From contig NC_068984.1 in the NCBI RefSeq assembly GCF_001194135.2, forward strand, positions 119,356,581 through 119,420,580: a stretch of DNA of 64,000 nt, in the 5' to 3' direction. The DNA comes from Octopus bimaculoides (Eukaryota). Shown piece after piece: positions 1-10,920 of this stretch (positions are counted from its first letter, which is position 1; every line of letters begins with the position of its first letter). The notes under the pieces are model-generated. The model had not been told where the DNA came from and ran no database searches. It was given only the letters and a program-made list of their open reading frames with translations. A program made the translations under genes and the position numbers.

Positions 1-1579
1 AACAACAACATGACTGGTCAGTTATGATTAATTTTTCTTTCTTTTATTGTTTCTTTTTGCTTTGATTTTTCAGTTGATTACATTCAAAGACAAGAGCCGT
101 TATGAAACATACATATATGTGTGCATGCATGTGTGTGTGTATGCATGTGTGTGTGTGTGTGTGCGCATGTGTATGTGTGTATGTGCATAAGTGTGTGTAT
201 ACCTGTGTCTGTGTCTAACTGAATGTCATGCACAAGTGAAACTGAACTGGGTGCATCTGAAGGAAAGAAAAGAAGAATGAAACAGAGACAGAAAGAGAGA
301 GAGAGGAGAATAAGAGAGACACACACACATCATACAAGATGTTGAGTCACTGGCTCAGTAACGTATTTATGACTTCAGTTAGTACGAAAACATTGGTTGC
401 TTGTTTGCTTGCTTTCTTGGAAAATGTCTGACCCTGTGGAAGAAAGAGGTCTACCTACACCTTTAAACAATTAGATATTGATTTCTCTTAATTGAGCAGC
501 ACAAGACTTATTTTAGTGAAGGATGGGATCTGTGCAATTAATTGATTCACTAAAATATGTATTACTAATAATATTGATTTATTACATAAGCATATGAGGA
601 TTAGTATAGTTGCNNNNNNNNNNNNNNNNNNNNNNNNNNNNNNNNNNNNNNNNNNNNNNNNNNNNNNNNNNNNNNNNNNNNNNNNNNNNNNNNNNNNNNN
701 NNNNNNNNNNNNNNNNNNNNNNNNNNNNNNNNNNNNNNNNNNNNNNNNNNNNNNNNNNNNNNNNNNNNNNNNNNNNNNNNNNNNNNNNNNNNNNNNNNNN
801 NNNNNNNNNNNNNNNNNNNNNNNNNNNNNNNNNNNNNNNNNNNNNNNNNNNNNNNNNNNNNNNNNNNNNNNNNNNNNNNNNNNNNNNNNNNNNNNNNNNN
901 NNNNNNNNNNNNNNNNNNNNNNNNNNNNNNNNNNNNNNNNNNNNNNNNNNNNNNNNNNNNNNNNNNNNNNNNNNNNNNNNNNNNNNNNNNNNNNNNNNNN
1001 NNNNNNNNNNNNNNNNNNNNNNNNNNNNNNNNNNNNNNNNNNNNNNNNNNNNNNNNNNNNNNNNNNNNNNNNNNNNNNNNNNNNNNNNNNNNNNNNNNNN
1101 NNNNNNNNNNNNNNNNNNNNNNNNNNNNNNNNNNNNNNNNNNNNNNNNNNNNNNNNNNNNNNNNNNNNNNNNNNNNNNNNNNNNNNNNNNNNNNNNNNNN
1201 NNNNNNNNNNNNNNNNNNNNNNNNNNNNNNNNNNNNNNNNNNNNNNNNNNNNNNNNNNNNNNNNNNNNNNNNNNNNNNNNNNNNNNNNNNNAAAATAACC
1301 AATTTTCAAGAACTCATCGATGAAAATCCACTATCTATAAGGCTCAATTTAATTTTAATTTTTTATAAATTGATTTTAATTGAGTTTTTTACCTGTAATT
1401 TTGGATTTTGTCCCTAATATTATTATTATATATATATATATATATATGGGTGGGTGGGTGTGTATGTGTGTGTGTGTACGCTTTATAAAAAAGCAGCAGA
1501 AATATCACAAAAATTGTTACTCAAAGTTTCACATTCCTGCTTGTTGGACAGTTTTGTTTATATGTATACAGCTATGTAC

Positions 1580-2049
1580 ATGCGTCTTCAGTGATAATGG
1601 GCTAAACTGAAATGTAACTAATCTGCACATCCTCTGAAAACTCACGGATGGTCATTCGACGATTTCCCCTCACAGCTGCATGCACATCTATGTTGTTTTT
1701 CTCAGTTCTGTTGCTTGTGGTTCTCCCAGAACGTTTGTCAATATTGACATTTTTTCAGTCATCTTGGAAATGTCTGAACCACTCGTACACATGGATGCGG
1801 CTCATATACTCCTCTCCATACACTTTCTGTAACTTTGCATAGGCCTCTAAGCAGGTATCGCCATGACAACTTTCTCTGTCATGGTAAATGCAATGATCAC
1901 ACACGACACACCTTCCTTCTAAGCACTGCTGTAAACAGTGGAAGTGAGCTAGAATGTTAAAACTTAGTGCACATGCACAGTGGCTTCACTCTGCGTGCTT
2001 TAGCTTCATTACTATGACAACAGTTCGGATACTTATTGATCAGACCTCA
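1580..2049 (-). mobile_element. Mariner-type DNA transposon remnant (left TIR plus transposase N-terminus)
   Basis: The minus strand reads EAYAKLQKVYGEEYMSRIHVYEWFRHFQDD*KNVNIDKRSGRTTSNRTEKNNIDVHAAVRGNRRMTIREFSEDVQIS, a mariner HTH region with a stop. A TIR-like end CGGATACTTATTGATCAGACCTC is followed by TA at 2050-2051. Confidence 0.8.
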
Positions 2050-2086
2050 TATAAATATATATATATACATATACATACATAGACAG

Positions 2087-2222
<136 letters not shown>

Positions 2223-2689
2223 ATGACAAGCTTCTTTCAATTTCCATCTAGATCTACTCACAAAAAGAATGTGTTTATGCATGTATTGTTGTTGTTATTG
2301 TTGTTGTTACTTATATCTTTTAGCAGTGAAGGTTTGAGTTACTAGAACTGCTTTTTATCAAAAAGTCGTAATTATTTTTGTTTTTTGTAATTTTTACATT
2401 CTGCTGTATAATCAAATTTGTTATCTTTTTTTTTTTTTGTTGACAATCAACAAAAACATTTGAATCCATATAAATTTTTAGAGAAGTGTTTCTACATGAT
2501 GTAGCAATTTTGTTAATTCATGACTGGAAGAATTGTTTTCTTGACAAATTGGTCTTTTTTTTTTTTATTATCTCCATTTGGAGAAAAATAATTCAAACAA
2601 TTAAATACCTACCTTTTAAGTCCCATCATAAAAATACTTTTTTTTCACATAATTTTACAGGATCAAATCCATGATAATGGGAGAAGAAT

Positions 2690-3478
2690 ATCGACCATAA
2701 CTGTCTTAAGCCCAATATGTATTATAATACAGCAGAGTGAACCCTTGCTTGTTGTTGATAGAAATAGCAACAGGATACCTACTGAAAATGTGATGCACCC
2801 AAAAATATGTAAGAAACAAGATGAAGAACAAAGAATAAACAACTGGAAAATGAAAACAATGCATGAGCAACACCTCAGAGAAATCAAAGAGAAAGACAAG
2901 AGCAACACCTGGAACTTGCTAAGGAAAAGTGATCTGAAAGGATGCACCAAGGCATTGATATGCAACACTCAAGAACACGCTCTGACAACTAATTATATCA
3001 AGTTCCAAACAGATAAGAGCAATGACTCCCCCCTTTGTAGGATGTGTGGCAGCAAAAATAAAACACTATTGCACGTGTGTGACTGTAGTATGTTGGCTGA
3101 AAAGCTTACAAAAAGAAGAACGAAAATGTGGCTAAGTTTGTTCACTGGATTCTGTGAAAATATAGTCTTGGAAGAACATGGAAATGGTACAAACATACAC
3201 CAGAAGGCATCACTGGGAATAATGAATATAAGACCTTGTGGGATTTTACAATCCAATGTGACTCTCCAATTGATGCTCAGAGGACAGTCATTGTTGTAGC
3301 AGAAAAAGGAAAAAGGAAACTAAGTCCAAAGATATTGCCATACCTGGAGATGCATGCATAGGTGACAAAGAGCTGGAAAAGGTGGGAAAATACAAGTTAC
3401 TAAAAGATGAAAATGCACAAATATGGGGATTGCAGAGAGTAACTGTCATCCTAGTAACTGTAGGAGTACTCGGAGCTC
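2690..3478 (+). mobile_element. R4/Dong-clade non-LTR retrotransposon fragment (zinc knuckle and restriction-like endonuclease region), degenerate
   Basis: ORF 2745-3299 has WKMKTMH.Q..REI, LICNTQEHALTTNYIKF..DKSNDSPLCRMCG...H. Frameshifted downstream pieces read like ILW D..IQ, DIAIPGD and VTVI..GVLG. Confidence 0.8.
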
Positions 3479-3925
3479 AGGTAATGAAGGTCACGGAGAG
3501 GGTCATAGCCCAACTAATTAGGGAGAGAGTCAGTCTAGACAAGATACGGTTTGGGTCCGTGCCAGGGAAAAGCACCAGTAATGCTATATTTCTGGTAAGA
3601 CAGCTGCAGCAGAAATACCTAGCCAAAGATAAACCTCTGTACCTGGCTTTCATTGACATGGAGAAAGCCTTTGACAGGGTCCCCCAATCCCTTATTTAGT
3701 GGTCAATGAGGAAACTAGGGATAGATGAATGGTTAGTGAGAGCTGTGCGAGCCATGTACAGGGACGCTGTCAGTAAGGTGAGGGTTGGCAACGAGTACAG
3801 TGAAGAATTCCGGGTAGAGGTAGGGGTCCACCAAGGTTCAGTCCTCAGCCCCCTCCTATTTATCATAGTCTGTCAGGCAATAACAGGAATTCAAGACTGG
3901 ATGCCCCTGGGAGCTCCTCTATGCT
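3479..3925 (+). mobile_element. RTE-clade LINE reverse-transcriptase fragment
   Basis: VMKVTERVI..QFG-like..GKSTSNAIFLVRQLQQKY..LYLAFIDMEKAFDRVP*..GVHQGSVLSPLLFIIV..FKTGCPWELLYA, with an internal stop and frameshifts. Confidence 0.9.
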
Positions 3926-4378
3926 TAGTCAAGGTGCCAAGCAGTAGGACTGAACCCAGAACTATGTGTTTAAGAAGCAAACTTCTTACCACACAGCCAT
4001 GCCTACACCTACAGTTCTTGATATTACCATAAGAGAGACAAAAACCTTTAAATTGTTGCTTGATATTCTAGAAGCAGCAGCTAAATAACTCTCAAATTAC
4101 ACCCTGCAGTCTAAAGGAAATGACTCATTAGATAATATAGTAGCAAACCAATATATCGCTAAATGAATAGGATAGTCACACCTGGAGTTATACATGAGAT
4201 ATATGTCAAGAAAAGAAAGGCTTTATTATATTTTTTTCATCAAAAGACATTGACTTTTTAACAATTTTAGAATTTACAAATCTATTTCATTTTTTGTTGT
4301 GTCTTGGGAGGCGTCATTATGCCAATAAAATTAACACACACACAGGTTCAATTCTGATCCTTTCCTGCTATAATAGTT

Positions 4379-4551
4379 GGTTAAACAATCAATTAGTTGT
4401 TTGTTAGTCAATGTTCTTTTGTCGTAATTTGCAACCTTTTCAGTGTCACAAATGCAGAACAGACCTTAGAGCAAGAGGGGAAGTCACCGAAAAAGTTATG
4501 AACAGGGACAAAAGAATTTTGACTAACAAACAACTGATTGATTGTTTAACC
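4379..4551. mobile_element. MITE-like fold-back element with 45-bp terminal inverted repeats
   Basis: 4379-4423 is the reverse complement of 4507-4551 at 42 of 45 positions. Confidence 0.65.
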
Positions 4552-5253
4552 TACACATTAAACAAACAATTGATTAGTTAATTGGTTAGATATTTAGCCA
4601 ATTGGCTAACAATAAAAAAATGGAATTAAACCTGTGCATGGTGTTAATAATATTGGCAGAATGATTCTTCCCAGACATGACAAAATTTGTTTCAACAAAT
4701 GAATTTACATCAAGAATCTTGCAAACCAGAGACAAAAATGAAGTAGAATAAGCTCTAGCCGAGCTAGCAAGACACTGAAACACAATGTGTTCTACCGTCT
4801 AATTGAACCGGTGTGTGTGTTAATAATATTGGCATAATGACTCACCCAAGACACATGAATTCACATCAAGAATCTTGCAAACCAAATACAAAAATGAAGT
4901 ATTTTATTTTTATTTCATCAAAAAACATTTTTGTTTTCAAACTAATCATTTACATCATTTCAAAAATCAAAATGTCCACATTACAAAATTTCTCATTTTT
5001 TCTCTCTTAAGTTTTTACAAATTATTGCCATGATATCTAGAAAATGTTCATGGAATCAACATTTAGATGTACAATTCTTTGATGTATAGATAACTCTTCC
5101 TACTATAGGCACAAGGACGGTAATTTTCAGGGAAGGGGGGCTAGTTAAGTACATCAATCCCAGTGCTCAGCTGGTACTTATTTTATCAACCCTGAAAGCA
5201 TGAAAGCATAGTCAACCTCGGTGGAATTCAAAATCAGGATATAAAGCCAGAAG

Positions 5254-5590
5254 GTACATGGCTCAGTGGTTAGAGTGTCAGGCTCACAATCATGAGGTAG
5301 TGAGTTCAATTCCTGGATCGGGCAATGTTGTGTCCTTGAGCAAGACACTTTATTTCACATTGCTCCAGTTCACTCAGCTGTAGAAATGAGTTGCAATGTC
5401 ACTGGTGCCAAGCTATATCGGCCTTTGCCTTTCCCTTGGATAACATCAGTGGCATGGAGAGGGGAGGCTGGTATGCATGGGTGAATGCTGGTCTTTCAAA
5501 AACAACCTTGCCCAGACTTGTGCCTTGAAGGGTAACTTTCTACGTGCAATCCCATGGTCATTCATGATTGAAGGGGTTCTTTACCATTTC
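5254..5590 (+). mobile_element. tRNA-derived SINE (CORE-like central domain) nested in an older minus-strand SINE
   Basis: A box TGGCTCAGTGG and B box GAGTTCAATTCC. The 11-bp TSD AAAGCCAGAAG occurs at 5243-5253 and 5591-5601. Related minus-strand copies lie at ~28310-28660, ~32520-32830 and ~16760-16990. Confidence 0.8.
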
Positions 5591-6101
5591 AAAGCCAGAA
5601 GAAATGCTGCTGAGCATTTTTGTCCAGCATACTAATGATTCTACCAGCTCACTGCCTTTTTGTTTCTACTGTAGGCACAAGGCCTGAAATTTGGAGGGAA
5701 GCACTAGGTGATTACCTTGACCCCAGTGCTTGACTGGTAATTATTTTATCAACCCCAAGAGTCAATCTCAATGAACTCAGAATGTAAAGCTAGAAGAAAT
5801 GCCACTAAGCAGTTTTTTCTTGCCAATTTGCCACTTTTTTCTTAGATATATTGATAACAGTATAAACACAATAACGAAGTGATCCTGGACAAACTGTATT
5901 AAAAAAAAAAAATGATACCAGGAGAATAACTGGGAATTGAATTCAATTTTTCTTCCTAACCGAACCCCTCACTACCCCCCCCCCAAAAAAAACATGGAGT
6001 GAAAATTCTAATTACTAAAACTGAGATATTTTTATGAATTGAAATGGCAGTTAATTAAGGCATCCAAAAGATTTTGAAAACTAACTGAATATTGAACTTA
6101 A

Positions 6102-6324
6102 CCCTTTTGATACCAACTCACCTGAGACCACCTCTAGTTCTATAATAAAAACTTTCAGTTTTAGTTTTAAAGTGGTTGAAATTAAAACAATCTGTTAAAA
6201 TTTCAGGTTAATTTATATTCCAAACACCAGCTTAATAATAAAGACTTTACAAAAGACTTCATTATTTTCAAAATTAATTAAAACCAAAGTAGTATATCTC
6301 AACAAGAATATCGTAATCAAAGGT
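6102..6324. mobile_element. TTAA-flanked (piggyBac-like) MITE
   Basis: TTAA at 6098-6101 and 6325-6328. Termini CCCTTTTGATAC and GTAATCAAAGGT. Confidence 0.6.
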
Positions 6325-7187
6325 TTAAATGGAATACATTTCCAAAAAACAGATATTCAATTTTGTATTGATAATAACTACTTTTTTAAATCAAATTTAA
6401 AATTACGAATTCCCATTATCAATTTTAAATTTAAGGTAATTGGAAATACAACAATGAATAATAAAATATATCTGAGAACTTTGAAAATCCTGAGGAACAC
6501 ATTTTGAGAGAGGGTATTTAACTCTTTTACTGCAGAAAGCAAATTTATCCATTCAAAATTTCACAACTCTTATCTGTTGGAAGCAGTCTTATAATACACA
6601 AATCTATCTTTTGTCGAGAAATGTCATGTTTGAAATCATTTCCTATTGAGATAAAGTTGCAGAAAATACCAGTTCTATGTTTAGATATTTAGCATCAATA
6701 GTGGAATAAACCATGAAATTTGATTTTGCAGTGAAATGGTTAATAAAACAGAGATGATTGTGAGCTCAGAAAATGGACATCTTTGATTTAGTCAGGAACA
6801 CATTGTTTTTCTTTCTTTTTTTTTTCCTTTTCTTAATTGAGAGGATATTCTAGGTGCAGGGTTGGATGTGTGGTTAAGAAATTCACTTTGCAAACATGTA
6901 GTTTTGGGTTCAATCCCATTGGACTTTGGGCAAGTGACCTTTAACTATAGTTTCAGGTTGACCAATGCCTTATGAGTGAATTTGGTATGGAAACTGTGGA
7001 AGCCCTTCCCATGTGTGTGTGTGCGTGCATGTATGTCTTAGTGTTTATCCTTCCCCCACCATAAACCCAAGACCACATGGTTTGGAAGCAAGTTCCTTAA
7101 CCATACATCCATGCCTGCACCTAAATTATCTCATAATATTTTTAAACATGTTTCTCAACGTTTCTTAAATCTAATCAACTAATGTAT

Positions 7188-7387
7188 TTAGTTACCAGCT
7201 GATCGCAGTTTCTTTGCTTTCTCCATAAAAGAGACAACTCTGTGAATATCTAAGTCATTTTTCCAGTGTCCAGCATCTTTGAAATGGGATCCAACTATTA
7301 TAGCATTTGCTTCGACAAAATTCACTAAGTTTTCACATGTGACGCCAGAACCAACAAGAACTGGTATATTCACAGCTTTCTTCACAG
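7188..7387 (-). CDS. Terminal coding exon of BtpA/SgcQ-family protein (F13E9.13-like)
   Basis: Polypyrimidine tract plus AG acceptor (TTTCTGTTTTTAG|CT) at 7389-7388. The 200-bp exon (phase 1) encodes (A)VKKAVNIPVLVGSGVTCENLVNFVEANAIIVGSHFKDAGHWKNDLDIHRVVSFMEKAKKLRSAGN, with TAA at 7188-7190. PVLVGSGV and IVGSHFK..GHW.N are BtpA-family C-terminal motifs. Confidence 0.93.
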
Positions 7388-7461
7388 CTAAAAACAGAAA
7401 GCAAAAAAAGAAACATTGAAAATGTAAAGGAGTAAATCTACATGTATGCACAAGTGTACAT

Positions 7462-7503
<42 letters not shown>

Positions 7504-7759
7504 ACACTCATACACACACACACATCATAATCGCCGTCATCGTCATCGTAATCATCATTTCCATCATCATAGCTATTGTCATCACCATCATTTAATGCGC
7601 AGTTTTCCATGCTTTCACAGGTGAGATGGAATTTGTTGAGGCAGATTATTCTATGGCCAGATGCTCTTTCTGTCATCAACACTTACCTGTTTCCAAGCAA
7701 GGAAATTTACCTGTTTCCCACATGGCCAGACATGTTTTTCTTGGGAGACTGGAATTGGA

Positions 7760-8222
7760 CCATATTGCTTGGGATGAAGTGCTGAAGAACAACTTCAGGA
7801 TGTTGAACCTTTCAGGCAAGATGACAAAGAACTGAGATGATTGGTGCCTTGCTGTAGTCAAGAAGACCCGTACTCCACAGTAAAAGTGTTAAGACTGGTT
7901 GCTCCAAAGGTGAGAATTAACCTGAAAGAGTCCTCTGCCAATACCACATAAAAAGCACTCATGACAGTGTTATGTAAAAGCACTCGAGTAATGCCACATA
8001 AAAGTGCCCATGTGGTGCCACATAAAAGCACCCATGCAGTGCCACATAAAAGCACCCAGCACACTCTGTATAGTGATTGGCATTAGGAAGGGTATCCAGC
8101 TGTAGAGACTATGCCAAATCAGACTGGAGTCTGGTACAGCTTCCTAGTTTGCCAGGTCTGGTCAAACTGTCTAAACCATGCAAGCATGGACAACGGATGT
8201 TAAATGATGAGGATGATGATTA
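7760..8222 (+). mobile_element. 5'-truncated RTE LINE: ORF2 C-terminus, 3' UTR with ~22-24-bp tandem repeats, (GAT)n tail
   Basis: WDEVLKNNFRMLNLSGKMTKN..W.LAVVKKT is followed by GTGCCACATAAAAGCACCC repeats and the conserved end ATGGACAACGGATGTTAAATGATGAGGATGATGAT. Confidence 0.75.
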
Positions 8223-8959
8223 CTTGTATGACAGTGATGCTGACTTACAACCATTATAGGACATCTAGAAAGGGTACGTACAAACACATATTCATTTATA
8301 TGCCGAGCAAAATCACAGTTGTGACAGATACCAGTGTCACACAAATGGTATCTGTGCCAGTGACACATAAAAGCACCCATTACACTCTCGGAGTGGTTGG
8401 CATTAGAAAGGGCATCCAACCATAGAAAACCATGCCAAATCAGATTGGAGCCTGTCGCAGCCTTCCAGCGTTCCACTGAGTGGATCAACTAGAACACTTA
8501 TCATAACCGATGGAGTACTCAGCTATATGGGGGGGGGTCTGCACATTTGTGCACACACATGTGCGCATGTGTGTGTGCATGTGGCTATGTATCAAACACT
8601 TACCCGACATGTCATATGGTAAAACTGAACGTGAGATCATGTAGTTAAAAAAATGTATATTATGAAACATTTTTATTGTGACAAAAGCATGCAATGTGAA
8701 TGTATAATAAGTGCAATTATTAACTAATGTATTATTTTAGGTAATTAGCTTTTGTGTGCACATTAGTTTCTTGTGTAAACAAACTCAGAAGGATTATTAC
8801 TTATAGGATATTATATCTTAAAATTAACAATATAATTTAATATGCACATATATACACCCATGATTGTACACATACAGACATATAATGAGTGTGCAGAAAG
8901 TTTGTGCCATAATAATTTCCTTCATAATTTTGATAGTAATTCTCAAAAATGCTTTATGT

Positions 8960-9525
8960 AGCCAGCCCACTTATGCGAACCTTTCCTCCATTGGACACTA
9001 AACTCCGCTTGCGAAGACCTGTTGAGAAAAGTGAAATCGAAATTGAACTAAATTCGACGACTGGCCCCCATGCCAACGTCTCCTCCATTGGACACTAAAC
9101 ACTGCTTGCGAAGACCTGTTGGGGCAAGCAAAAGCAAAATCGTGATGGCACCACCGTTTGAGCGTGATCGTTACCAGCATTGCCCTCTTGGCACTTGTGC
9201 CGGTGGCACGTGAAAAGACATTCGAGCGAGATCGTTGCCAGTGCCGCTGGACTGGCTCCTGTGCAGGTGGCACGTAAAATACACCATTTTGAGCATGGCC
9301 ATTGCCAGTACCACCTGACTGGCCTTCGTGCTGGTGGCACGTAAAAGCACCCACTACACTCTCAGAGTGGTTGGCGTTAGGAAGGGCATCCAGCTGTAGA
9401 AACTCTGCCAAATCAGATTGGAGCCTGGTGTCGCCTCCTGGTCCACCAGTCCTCAGTCAAATCGTCCAACCCATGCTAGCATGGAAAGCGGACGTTAAAC
9501 GACGACAATGATGATGATGATGATT
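8960..9525 (+). mobile_element. RTE LINE 3'-UTR-only copy with ~60-67-bp internal subrepeats and (GAT)n tail
   Basis: Same sequence as the minus-strand 41640-42410 copy, which continues into the RTE ORF2 end. Other copies lie at ~15195-15415(-), 43615-44065(-), 49250-49555(-), 50220-50375(-), 58820-58935(-) and 62018-62270(+). Confidence 0.8.
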
Positions 9526-10110
9526 CATATATGCATATATATAGGTGTGTGTGTGTGTGTGTGTTACTGTCTCCTTGCACCTTGACATCTTGTGATAGTT
9601 GTGAGTGTCACCAGCATGCAACTGGTCTTCTTCATTTCTAATCACCTGACACATGTGAGGTCATGGGGAAATATTACCTCATGTAGAAACAGGTGAGGGT
9701 TGGCAACAGGAAGGGCACCTGACTATAAAAAAAATCAAATCTGCCTCAACAAATTTGTCTGACCCATGCAAGCATAGAAAAGTGGATGTTGATGATGATA
9801 ATGATGATGATATGTGATATGTGTGTGTGTTTGTGTAAGATGCATGTGTTCGCATGCACACACACACCTCCAAAGAAATATGCAAATTTGCTGACCAATC
9901 TATAACCAGCAATCATGAAACAGGTTTAAATGGAAATTACATATGTAGATAGGCATGTGTCTGTATATATATATGTACATTTTTGTTTATATACATATTT
10001 GTGCACACACACACACATACACACACACACAATGTATTCTATATATGAGAGTAAAAAAAAAGGGAGAGAGGGTAGAAGTTGGAAAGAGATAGATAGATAG
10101 ATAGATAGAT

Positions 10111-10837
10111 TTCTTTATTAGCCACACAGGGCTCAACACAGAGGGGACAAAATACAAATGTAGAGTTTTTCTTTTCGAGGGGGTCGAAAACAAAGCAGAA
10201 AAAAAACAAAAGTGGGGACAACGATGAAAAAAAACATCGCAAAACGTTTGGGGTATTTACAAAAAATACGAAATAATACAAAAAATTCCCAATAAATGGG
10301 GAGGTTATCCGTGGAAAGAAAAACCTACGAAAAGACCACGGTAACCTCGGTCTTTAGCGTCACAGTTTGTTAAATAAAATTTCTTTTNNNNNNNNNNNNN
10401 NNNNNNNNNNNNNNNNNNNNNNNNNNNNNNNNNNNNNNNNNNNNNNNNNNNNNNNNNNNNNNNNNNNNNNNNNNNNNNNNNNNNNNNNNNNNNNNNNNNN
10501 NNNNNNNNNNNNNNNNNNNNNNNNNNNNNNNNNNNNNNNNNNNNNNNNNNNNNNNNNNNNNNNNNNNNNNNNNNNNNNNNNNNNNNNNNNNNNNNNNNNN
10601 NNNNGCTACATGTATCCATCTTTTTTCGAAACATTTGCTAGACAACACTTGCCTCTCTACTCTCACCTTCCTTTTCAAGTGATACTTGAAAAAGTTGATG
10701 AGAGATTGACCAGAGAGGAAAGTATTTGTCTCTAATCCTTTCAGACGCGTCCACCAGATGCATTCTTTGGCCATAGCCACAAGTACGATAAATACAGCTC
10801 TTCCTTCCCGTTTAAAGGAAGGAGGCGTGACAATATT

Positions 10838-10838
<1 letters not shown>
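10111..10838 (-). mobile_element. Tx1/L1-clade LINE 3' fragment (spans an N gap)
   Basis: The minus strand reads AVFIVLVAMAKECIWWTRLKGLETNTFLSGQSLINFFKYHLKRKVRVERQVLSSKCFEKRW, a Tx1-like ORF2 C-terminus. The 3' end has AATAAA and is flanked by (AGAT)n on both sides. Confidence 0.7.

Positions 10839-10920
<82 letters not shown>

Noticed and set aside
9180-9360. Repeat-spacer-like pattern (GGTGGCACGTAAAA core) resembling a CRISPR array
   Set aside because: The 'spacers' are homologous to each other, the block is part of a multi-copy RTE 3' UTR in a eukaryotic genome, and no cas genes are present.
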